This document shows, piece by piece, positions 16,445 through 28,500 of a stretch of 64,000 nt of DNA. Numbering within the stretch: position 1 is the first letter of the stretch; the number at the start of each line of letters is the position of its first letter. The stretch comes from Azolla caroliniana (lineage: Eukaryota > Plantae > Polypodiophyta), in NCBI GenBank assembly GCA_043228905.1, contig JBHGNT010000016.1, positions 2,170,001 to 2,234,000 on the forward strand. The letters run 5' to 3'. The notes beneath the pieces are model-generated. The model was not told the origin of the DNA. It ran no database searches and saw nothing but the letters and a program-made list of their open reading frames with translations. A program made the position numbers and the translations under genes.

Positions 16445-18702
16445 ATGTTTCTATAAAGATTGACATTGTTGGGCAAGAGGCATCTGTCAAGGGAGAGGGC
16501 CACATGCATACCGATTCATGTCGTGCCATGTGACTAGTTTAATGAATTTTGTCAATATCTATATGTGCAATATATTTATAAAGTCAAGTTGTTTTCTGTT
16601 TCTTAATATATATATATAATGTTCACTTTAATAATGGTAAGGGGTGCCTCCTTGTGCGTTATGTGGGTGTATGTTTCTTTATGCATTCTCATCCTTTTCA
16701 CACAAATCAGTCATGGCTAAAGAGTACATAAAGAGTTACCATATCATTGAGACATAGCCTAATATTTACTAGCATATTGCAAGTTTGAAACGAGGTTCTA
16801 TTTTCTATCAAGTTGGGGTTGCCCTTTACTTAAAAGTCCACTTTTATGACTTGATAGTCAAATAAATCATAGTATGCTTAATTACCTAGTTACGAGGACG
16901 TGTTTCATAATGGTTAAAAGCATTTTATCAATCACATATCCTGGGTTAATAATATCTGGTGACCCATCCTCGAGTTGTTTGGAAATTTTCATTTCGTGCT
17001 ACTTAACTATAGAGTTAAATTTGTATGGTTTTATTTTGTGTGTAAATAGCCATGTCATGTACTAAATTACGAATGAGCTGGTCACCTTAATATGTTTATC
17101 TCTAATGTCATGGTTAAATCTTTAAATTACATAATCTTCTATTTACATTTTTGTTTTTGTTAGTTTCTTTTTGGTTTACTTTGTTAGTTCATTTCTTGCT
17201 TCCTCTCCCAATCTTTATTGAATCCTTCGAGCTTTTAGCTCACTAGAAGACTATCTTGTCTAATGCCATGCCACACCCTTGGCGGGGGTAAGGCCTTAAA
17301 TATCTATCAGTTTGACTCATTGAAATCACTGTGTGCAGTTCAGTTTATATGAATGCAACAAGAGTTTTTGTACTCAATGGCACTTTTCTCTTACTATTTC
17401 CCTCATTTCCAAGCAATTAGCAAAGGGTTAAGTTAGCTGGAGATTTAGCGTTATGTCCAAGCGTGTATAATGAGATTCATTAGGCCTCTGCATGCATTCA
17501 ATTTAGATGAGGCAATATTTAACCGTTGGGCTCGTGGAAAATTATTTAGTCAACTATGTGTAATGTTCTCAAAATGAACATAAAATGCTAATAGCATGAA
17601 GATCCCCCATTGCTTTTAGACATTGACACCATGAAATTGAGATTTTAAGCATACGCTTGACAACAATACTGTCATAGTCAATCGTTTTAATTGTACAGAT
17701 AATCAAGGCAAGGGTTTCAATGCCTTGATGAATGTTCTCCAATAAACATGAATAGAGACAATCATGGAAAGCGTTGTACCAACCATATAATAGAGAAAAT
17801 ATAATTTACATTAGTAACCCATGTAATATGGTCCATATGTGCCTCTTTACATAATTGTCAACCTTAGGTCAACCCATCTAAATAAAATATTTTTACTCTG
17901 AAGGTGTCATCTTCTTTGGTCTACAATAAGAAAATTCCAAATATCCTTCACAAATGAATTTAATGATTACTTGTGCTAAAGTAACATGATGAAATGGAAG
18001 TCATCCACAATTAAAAGCCTGCGTGAAAACAAGTTGGAGCTACCCAGATGAAAGAAACCACTCTTATGTCATGATTCTACTGAATAAACAAAACCTCATG
18101 TCATGACGATACAGAAGAAAACACCTCAGATGATTCGAAGTCTTCGATCTACATTTTATCCCAGCTTTGCACATTATGATTCCAAAACCAACAATGGAGC
18201 CCTTTGTGGATTTCTCAAATTTCAAAGAGCATCCGTCTATGCCGCTTCGGCTCATAATGCCTCTGGGAGTTGTCTTTGTTGTAGAGTCTTCTACCTTCCA
18301 CTATACTAACTTCGTTCGGAAAATCAGGTTTCCTACAACATCATGACAATTGATAAGGATTACAAATACATCATTCAATAAAGAACAATTTGTCAAAAGA
18401 TAATGCAGGAAGAACATTTGGCTAAAAATGATAGAAAAAATATGAGGGGCACCATAAGCACGAGTGAAGCCATATCTTAGTATCCCAGAGCTTAGCATGC
18501 CTAGTTAGTCTCTAAAACTCTTTAAGTTTGCCAAAATCTTCAAACGCATACATTAATTACACTAAAATTTCTAGAAGTATGGCACCAATCGCAATGCTAC
18601 AAACAAGGTGCCAACTAATTCTTTGTTCCACTCCAGCTCAAGAAACAAAATCGAATTCTAGACTCAAAATTCAAAAATGAGATTATATGAGAACTCACTT
18701 AC

Positions 18703-18987
18703 ATTGTAACAGAAGATTCGTTGCTTGGAAGAACTCCCAAAACCGCACCACCATCACTCTGGGAGGCTCCAAGTCCTGAAGATAAGTAGCATTATTGTAA
18801 GCATAGTGTGGATAGTAATCAAGTTATATACAACAAGTCTTAAGACATTTCTTTCCCACTATGATTTCCATATTGCGGATTAGAACCTTGCCTTATTAGC
18901 TTTTAGTGTCTACATATATATAGCTTTTATTGTTGAACAATGCATGAAAACTTGGAAGGGAAGTAGGTCCTTTTGGTCTTGTGACAC

Positions 18988-19024
<37 letters not shown>

Positions 19025-19848
19025 TACAGAAAAATCATATACATAACAACATATACCAGTATAAGTCATATACATGTAACTGAAGTCATTCGGATAGATG
19101 TATCATTACCTTGTGCAAGCATGACAATTGCAAACAAGACGGTGAAAATGAGGGCCCAGAGTGACGTGCTTGTGTCAGAACCATTTCCTCCTCCAGATGT
19201 CGACATGATCTTCTTCCTCCGTTCCAGCTTTAGACTTCTTGAGCTGCGCAAGAGCATGGTATCAGAGGAGCACCTCATGAGTCGATTCGGAGGCCTCGGT
19301 GGTTTTCTCGAGTTGTTCTTGACCTCTACATTATCCACCTTACTCTCAATATTACTAGATTTGCATGGAAATGTCCCAAGTCTAGCCAATTGCACTGTGT
19401 TATTCACCCTCTTCTCTTCGGTAGTCTTAGATCTATAAGACTCTTGCATACATTTCGAAGAAGATGATGATGATGAAGAAGAAGAGATGTCTTCCACAAT
19501 GCTAGAAATTTGTAGATCTTGTTTGGAATAAGAACTCAGTATCGTTCTCATGTTTTCACAAGAACTATACACTTGGGTTTCGAGAACTCCGGTTTGACTA
19601 TCATCAACACTGCAAACATTAATTTCATGTGAAGAAGACGAACTCAACCCAGTTTTGAGAGCAAAATTAGATCCATTAGCTTCAGCACCAAGTGATATAG
19701 AAGAAGATGCTCTCTCTTCACCGTCTGAGAAAAGATAGTCATTGATGAGTTTGTTAAGTTGAATTTCCAAGAGGCCTTCTCTCGATGGAGGTAGAATGCC
19801 ATAGCTAACATCTGTATGAGCAACCATGTGATGATATATTGAAGCCAT
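18703..19848 (-). CDS. Plant-specific transmembrane protein of unknown function (KPPRPP motif plus C-terminal TM); 3' end unresolved
   Basis: Exon 19848-19110 (Ser-rich, KPPRPP, basic helix, TM LWALIFTVLFAIVMLAQG, donor CAAG|GTAAT) and exon 18775-18703 (CAG acceptor, GTAAGT donor). Resembles, from memory, an Arabidopsis uncharacterised TM family with KPPRPP and FTxLFxxVxxFQG. Last exon probably near 18300. Confidence 0.65.
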
Positions 19849-20340
19849 TTTTTTCTTGGTATAAGGATATCAAGCAAAATGTGGTTCAAAAGAAGAGGTA
19901 AAGAGGGCTTATTGCATAGAAACAAGCTTCTTCACCATCATCCTCAGCAAGCAAATGCCGTTAAAATGGAGGATTTGAGTTCATTTCTGTACACGAGAAT
20001 GTCAGGCTTTTTTTTTTTTAGATGATAAAAAAGGAAAACAAAACGAAAAAATAAAAAAATAAAAGGACAGAAGAAGGATTAGGGAATTTGTTTCTTTCTG
20101 ATTCTTGTCAGATATGCATGATTTAAAGAAATTTGAGCTAGGGTTAGAGCAGAGAGCAAGAAAGGGCATTACAGGGAAACCTGTGAAAGGAAAAGAAATA
20201 AAATAGGGTTAAAAAGCTGAGATTTAAGCAAGCAATGGAGCTTCTCTTTCTCCTTCTCCTTCTTCATCTTCTTCTTCTCTCTCTTTTCCGCTCTTTATAT
20301 TTCTTACAAAATTATCGCAGCCTCGGCGCGCTCTCTCTAT

Positions 20341-20381
<41 letters not shown>

Positions 20382-20386
20382 CGTAA

Positions 20387-20426
<40 letters not shown>

Positions 20427-20439
20427 ATGTAACTCTCTC

Positions 20440-20700
20440 AGCCAATCGGAGCTTGCCACCTCACTCCATTGCCATCCATCAATCACCCCACACACCCCCC
20501 ACCCCAACCGGACTTTGCCACATCACATACGACCCAACCGGACCTGGCCACGTCATTCACGGCCTCTGCTAGAACTGTTTTGGACTTTGCCACATCACAT
20601 GTGACCCATCCAAACCTTGCCACATCACATACGACCGCAACTGGACCTTGCCACATCACTCGCCCAACCTGACCACAACATTTCCACACATCGCACCCCA
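20440..20700. repeat. ~30-bp minisatellite with GCCAC(A/G)TCA core
   Basis: Five units like ggac(t/c)ttgccacatcacatacgacccaacc between 20505 and 20670, plus gccacctca near 20455. Confidence 0.8.
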
Positions 20701-23573
20701 CCTCCATAAGAAAAGTATGCTTTTACAAACCTAAGTTCAAAGCCCCATAGAATTAAAGACATTTGAGTACACCTATAGATTGTTCAAATGGAGGAATTCT
20801 CCGAAAGAGCAGTTTTTTGGGGTGCTCCAACTTTGCTCGCCCATACATCCTTGCTTGTGTGGTTCATGGATCATCTTTGATGGTACCCACATCGATGGTT
20901 TCATGATGAATTTATATGTGGGGCATGCTCCCTTTGGGGTCAGGTTGGTTTCTATGAAGTCAATTGTCTTCAAACATTTGCATCCTATGAGGCCCACTTA
21001 CAAACTTGAACATTTACAAGGTCTTGTTTCAATTTCCTTTGCAATCCATGTGACCACGATGAAGGATTGGAGAGGGGGAGGTCTTGAGAGGACCTCCATA
21101 CAGGCTTGGAAGTTACATAATATGACCTTCAACCACAAATATGAATGGCGTTCCCATTCCACCATGGTATGTGATGGAGATGTGTAGCTAAGGTGCCCAC
21201 GCATGATACATGTCAAGTTTAGCCATGAGATGAACTTAACAATGACCTCTTACCAATACCCTTTACACAAAATCCTTTAAATTATTAGTATTTACATTGT
21301 AGCATTTGGGCATTACTTCGTGTTTCACCAAGTTACAAACAAGGGACCCATGTCATGTATTTTGACCCATTCCACAGTTAAATTAATGATGAAAGCAAAA
21401 CTTTAACGAATTATTGAGTGGGGTAGTTTAATCAACGCACACCGAGTGTTTGTTTCATGTGATGCAAATTATAATACTAGCTAATGATTAAAATGTGATT
21501 GCAACTTTTGATGATTATGTGTTTGTGTCACAAACTCCTGTTCGGTGAAGGCACTTAATCTTCAATGTCGCATGTATGGACTTTTATGATGGGTGTTATA
21601 GGCAATGATGTCGAAGATTGACTAATTGAGCCAAAAAGTTGGATGGTTTAATATGTTGTTAGTGCTCACTCCTTTATCCTTTTTCTCTATTGAATGGGCA
21701 AACAATGGAGACATTGAAAGTATAACATGTAAGGACAGATATTTTCTGGGTGAAAGGCAAACATAAGAAACTTGAATGGGTTTCCTTTGTTATACCATTA
21801 GCAATGGCTTACCCTTTTTTGACTTTAATAAAAAAGCTAATATAACATTGTTACATTTTCAACATGGTGAAACAAATATATTTGTTTGCGAAAAGCAAAA
21901 CTAAGAGCATAAGTTTGTATCCCCAATGATCTTTCTTTTGTCTCTTCATTGGTCTATCCTATTGCTCTTCAAATCTTCTAGCCTTTTGCATCTTATTTCT
22001 ACACCATACTCCATTTTCTTGAATAATACGTGATATCGGTGTATGAAATTGATGTGCAAAGTTGGTACGATATGCGCATCACTCAAGATATAAGAAGGGA
22101 ACTTCGAAGACCTTCTCTCAACATTGCACCAAACAGTATCCTAAACTAAAGAGTGTATTCGTGTCTTAAAATAATGATGTCATGGTCCCACAAGATGCAT
22201 GTTTTTCAACAAGATAGTCATTTCACCACATGCTGAAAACTTGGTTGTGATCAACTTTCTAAAATCTATAGTAAGATATCCTACAAGATTAATATCTGTA
22301 GTGAAACATGGAAAGTTGTAAAGCATTAACTCCATGGCGAGTTTTATCATTATTTGTGTCCTTTTGATGACTTAATGTTTTTTCCACCGTTCAAAAGTCC
22401 AATTGAAAGGTTGTTGTATGGCAAACAATATATGATTATTGAAGATTTTTACTAGTGGTCCGTGGATCCACAATGTTCACCATGCAAAAAATGAATAAAA
22501 AACAGCATTAAACATAAAATGCAATGCCAGATTCCCTAAACAATAATGTCATTGACTGGGATAATGAATGTCCTCTCCATTTAGTCTCCTTATGGTTAAC
22601 CAAAGATCTAGGAAGACACGGAACTTGAAAGCTTTTCAATAGAAACTTCACTTCTAAAACTCCTAAAAGTTCATGAGGATTTCAATTTTGGCAAATGCAA
22701 TTCTTTTAGTTATCTTGGATTCTAGTAGACTATCTTATTTCATTGCATAATATTGCTGTGGACATGTATGTGTATAGAAAATATCTTACTCACCATTATT
22801 AATGGATGACAAGCATGTGCATGCCCTACGAGCATGTGCATATTCTACTTGGATGCAATAGACTTTACATTTATTAGAGATATACACATGTAGGTCATTA
22901 GCTAAGGTCGAAAGGGAAGGTCGAAAGGGGCATAAAAACCTTTAGTGTGAAGGATTGTCCCATTATGCGATTCCCATTGGGTCCTACCAAGGCAAGTTTG
23001 ATAGAGGTTTTTTTTTACTGGTCCTACCAAGGCAAGTTCGATAGAATTTTTTTTTTTACTTTGTATAAGAAAGATACTTCATAACATGAGAAAAACGACA
23101 TAACATGGTCTCGAAGTGAAAGCATTGTTAACTTTGTGGCTTAGAAGGCATGGGGCTTCCATATTTTGGCTGATGTAAAAAGTCTTAGGCATATATTCCT
23201 CGTAAAAAAGAGAAGAATAAGTCTTTTATGGCTTCTTATGTCATGAACACAGACGTAACTACTTGGGGCGTATTAACACTAGAGTCTCGACAATTTCACT
23301 AATGGATAACAACGTCCCTTATAATATGGAGATGTATATGTTCATATCACTTGTCCTTTTCATCACAATAATTTATCCTTGTGGACAAATATATTTGTCT
23401 CCGATTAATGACACTTGTTGAAGATGTTGAACTTTAGCATAGATATGGTTCTAGCATGATGTATTCTATAGTCTACTTGGAGAAAATAGAAGCTAGACAA
23501 GTTTGAGATGTATTTTCTTCGGAGTATTTTTAAGAAACATGCATATTGCTCATCTAGTGGATTTCATCATTTT

Positions 23574-23575
<2 letters not shown>

Positions 23576-23644
<69 letters not shown>
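23576..23644. repeat. (CA)n microsatellite
   Basis: Directly visible. Confidence 0.95.
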
Positions 23645-23645
<1 letters not shown>

Positions 23646-23771
23646 TGTTGTTTTTGGGCTTGATTTACATAATCGAGATGGAATATTAGAAAACAAGCTT
23701 CACATTTTAGATGATTCATCACATTAGGTAATGAAAACATTTTAAGTTTACATTTGGCTGGATTCACATAA

Positions 23772-23895
23772 TATAAAAGGTAAAAAAGACATAATAGAAA
23801 AGTACTCCTATCGTTACATGTTTGTCAAATTCTATAAAAGGTAAAAAAGACATAATAGAAAGTTACTCCTATAGTTACTTGTTTGTGAAATTCTA
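23772..23895. repeat. ~60-bp tandem duplication
   Basis: Two near-identical copies of tataaaaggtaaaaaagacataatagaaa.gtactcctat.gttac.tgtttgt.aaattcta. Confidence 0.8.
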
Positions 23896-25564
23896 TGATG
23901 GTATTAGACAATCATCAATCCATCCAAAAACCTTTTGGTGGTATCTTTTTGTCTTGTTTAGTTGTGAATTGTAATATAGAGAGAGGATACGTATATTATG
24001 AAGAGTCAAAGAACATGAGAGAAAGCCGTTGCCACTAGATTGTGAAATTGTAAGGTGGTATATGACAATTGTCCACACGAAATTGGATAAACCATTTTGA
24101 CTTTTTTGCTAGTTGATTGTAAGATTGTTGAGATCAACTTGATGCAAAGTTCAAAAAAGAATACAAATGTTTTACTTTGTGCAAATATATCTAGGCAATG
24201 TATCTTGGGGATCGATTGCAATTTTGATTGAGCACACCTACTTCATGTAGTTAGTTACTCACATACATATAAATCTTGTTATATTGATGTCTATCGATGT
24301 GTCTCAATTATTAATTGCAAATTATTTTGGTCATATTAGCCTATGTGATATTGGGCTTGGTACTACCAATTAGCATGTCCATTTGAAAATCAAGCCACTA
24401 AATAATATATACATAAATAGCTAGGACTTTGAATTAGCCCATGAATTAACAAATATAGTATACCTTTCACTTTATAATGTATTATGGGAAGTTGAGATAG
24501 GCCCTACCATGAGTGATGTAAATGACCTTTCTACTCCGATTACCTAATACCTAAACTAACTCCTCACAAGTGGTTGGAATAAGTTTACTTCATAGTTTTT
24601 TTAAATTTGAAGCATCACGAATTAATGAGAAATATGTTAATACATTGAAGTAATGTCAAATCAAATGTACTAATGTAGGTATAGATTCAACAACGTTCAA
24701 GCCAACATCCAAAAAGATTCAACTAGGGGAGACATAATTTATCCAAATTTCCAACATATTAATAGAGACATAGAAATGTCAACCAAATAAACCTTGCGTC
24801 TATATGTCACACACAAACATTTTCTCCAACAACGATATGCACCCAAAACACTTCATAATTTGTTAGCAATTTTCCCAACAATTCCTTCAAGAAAATGATA
24901 GTTCACCAATCAGTAATTGTTCCCTTTTTGCCAAATTGATTCTTTTAATGCTCACAGGCAAGATTGACAAAAACTATTCTCTCATGTGCTAGGATGTATA
25001 TCCGTTCATCTTCTAATTACAGATGTGATACTACACATACTTTAATGCAATCACAAATCTGTTTATTTTGAATAATGCATAAGCAATGCCAAATCATTTC
25101 ACAAAGAAACAACTTTGGCAACAAAAATCAAGAAAATTTCCATCCTTCCATGATTTGCGAGTAGTAAAAAACAATCATGTGATTGAAATCATTAGGATAG
25201 ACACTGATTTACCAGGCAGAGACCAAGTTAATTGTTGAAAACAAGTCCTGTAAAAGTAATCATTAGGGTCATTCCATCGGATTTCTTACATTTTTAGATG
25301 CATGTATGTTATTGCATTTCCATGATGGATAAGTAATAGTTCCAGAAAAAAATACGTCCATGTACAAAAACATAATAAAACCCACCTAAATGTACAAATG
25401 TAATCCACTGAGTCTGTCAACAATTATCCTCACTAGTACAAGGAAAAAATGGACCTACTGAACTAATAGTCACTCGAATCTCAATTGGTACCATGTATGC
25501 GAGTTCAAGAATAGAAAGAACTAATACTTACTAAAGTTTTTAAAAAGGAAGATAAGAAACAAGT

Positions 25565-28500
25565 TTATGAAAATACATCCACTTCTGTAGGGAGTGACCG
25601 TAGAAGGTAAAGAGCAAGCATCCACTGAGGGCTTCCTGATCTAACAATTCTTTGTAGATGTTTCACAACACCAGCCCTAATCAACGCAGAGTGATTATCT
25701 TCATTTGTACCTATGCTATATAATATAGAAAGTGATGCTTCCTTTGCTTTGGGAGTTCCTTTATCGAGAAGCTCCACAAGAGGAAAGATTCCTCCTACAT
25801 TAGATATAGCTGCAACATATGCATCTACTCCTTGCGAGACAAGATCATGGAGTTCAATAGCACCTCTTTCTTGAACTTCATGATATAATGAAGATCTAAT
25901 CTCATCCACTAATCTAGGAATCTTGTCATGTATGATCACTTCCAGTTCTATAGGTACTTTTACATTAGTTGTTAGGCCTTCTAATCTATCTAGACTGAGA
26001 AGGCAAGATGACACCCAATCCTTAACATGCAATGGCATCTCAGATTTCAATACATCTGCAAGTAAGACTGCAAGTGCCTTACAATCCATCAATGCTCTAA
26101 CCTTCTCATATCTCAAAAGTTTGTGTAGAAGCCGAGAGCTAGCAGCCAATGCAGCCCATGCCTCTTCTCTTTCGATGATGTCTTCTGGAGTGTTAGCTTT
26201 CTCTGAAACATGGAGTCAATTTAATGTTAGAGAAGGGGATTTCAGCTTTAAAAGGGCTCGTACTATTGTGTACTATTCTACATGGGTGTAACATTTCACA
26301 GTTAAATTTGTGCATTACACACCTTGGGTCACAAAGAACATCACCATACCATAATACCATACCCCTAGTGTGTGGTATAACATAGGTTATTTTGCATTAT
26401 GCACCTCGTTTTATGTACCCACATAACATAGTGGATATATGCATTATGCACCCGTTCACAAACAATCCACATAGCCTAATCCAAATGTGCATTTTGTACC
26501 TTGGGTCAAAAAAGAACCCCGCACTACATACACCATGGTTTGTGATGTAACGTACTCAATTTGATCACTATGCACTTACCATGCCCCTACTCATTATGTA
26601 CCTTGGGTAAAAAGAAACCAAATACCCTACAGCCTGGTGCATAAATTAATGCACACAAATTGATAATTATGCATCTACCATACCCCCTAACGTGTCATGT
26701 AACATAGTTACTTTGCACTACATACACCATGGTTTGTGATGTAACGTACTCAATTTGATCACTATGCACTTACCATGCCCCTACTCATTATGTACCTTGG
26801 GTAAAAAGAAACCAAATACCCTACAGCCTGGTGCATAAATTAATGCACACAAATTGATAATTATGCATCTACCATACCCCCTAACGTGTCATGTAACATA
26901 GTTACTTTGTGCATTATGCACCTTGGTTCATAAATTATGTACCTTGTGTCATCACTGACAATAGTAACTTAAGAGATGACTCCAGTCCAGCATTTACAAT
27001 CAATTCAGCATTCTCCTCTCTCACAGCCAGATTCTCCATCACATGAGCTGCCTTTTCCTTCAACACTGAATTACCACTAGCAAATATCACAACAAGTGCT
27101 GGTACTCCATTAGCATTAACAATTTTATCTCTGTAAGACAAAGGGAATCAAATTTAGCTAGAATGAGGAAGGAAGAGAACATACATGAAAGAAAAGAAAT
27201 CTCCTGCTGCTACCTAGCATCTGATTCGCGAGAAGACAATTCATCCAAAATCCCTTGTATTTCTGCTTTTGCAAGTGCATCTATACCCTCAGATTCTACA
27301 ACACCAACAAGCCCTGGATATGCACCTGAGTGAATCTGGGAAACAAGAAGTTTGATAAATTCCTTGAGACAATAGCAAGTGTAATGTCAAACTACATTAC
27401 AAGGATATACCATAGTTTGAACTTCATCTCCCGTTTGGGAAAGGCGATCCAATGCAAATAGCACCTGCATACCGTAAGTCATTTTACTTGATGTCATAGA
27501 CAGGAAACAGAAATAATATGGCATGTTCTATATAAACAATTGAAAACAACTTGAGAAATTGGGATGCACGACCTTTTCTTTCACAAAGCTGGGAGCATCC
27601 TGAGCTTTGAGGAGTTCTACAAGGGCAGGGATTGCTCCATGTGCATCAATGGACTTTCGCACTTCAAAGCTGAAATACACATAAGACAGGCCATTCCTGA
27701 AGTTACAATGTGTGTAAATGGCTGTCTTTTAAAAAACGCCCAGAAACATACTGTAAACATTCTCAATCTAAACTACTCCTTTATTCTTTGCTGAAGAAAT
27801 CAACAATCATACAATCAAACGTCTATTAGGTTGCCTAATGGCTTGAAACCCGAAAGTGGAACCTTGACATTGATATATATATATAGATAAAGTCTAGTTA
27901 TAAACCTGAAGAATATTGAGGCAAAATGCAAGAAAATGCCAAACTTATATTCAGATGAGAAATACATGCAATTTAAGCTTTATCAATATGAGAAAGGTTT
28001 CAATGACATCAGATCAGGAAGTGGTGATACTCCATGTCCTTGATATATTTCTAGCGAGAGACTCATCTCAGCTCCAATCCAGATAAGAAAATTCCAACAC
28101 GGTCAAATTACTGCAATGAAACCCCTTTCCACAATATAGGGATCATAGGCCACACGGCAGAGTCTCTAGCACAATGATATTTGGAAATCAAATATATTCT
28201 GTTAAAGGACGTGGACTCCCCCCACATCATGACAAAGAAATGGCATCAATCAGTAGAAACCCCTGAAGTGTGACATCAATTAAAACACTTGAACCTAGAA
28301 TTTGGGCAGCCTCCTGATCCTCCTTCATCCCGAGCACATCATACACATACTTAACAAATCTCTAATCCAATGCTTCTCTGACTGCTTAATGTTACAAATA
28401 TGTCCCTCCTATGCGAGGAGCCGACTAGTCGGGCTGAGAGCCGACAGTCGATGACAAGGAGTCGTCGACCGTGGAGAGCTCACAGCAGTGGAAGTGATCC

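Noticed and set aside
20442-20460. CCAAT-N9-CCACC as an ER-stress element
   Set aside because: Mismatch to CCACG and embedded in a repeat; too weak alone.
20505-20670. Regularly spaced ~30-bp repeats as a CRISPR-like array (also 33481-34178)
   Set aside because: No unique spacers, degenerate units, no cas genes, eukaryotic context.
20773-21216. ORFs of 72-135 aa on both strands
   Set aside because: No recognisable domain or splice structure; probably decayed TE sequence.
22979-23060. ~40-bp direct repeat tggtcctaccaaggcaagtt.gataga
   Set aside because: Simple local duplication with no further structure.
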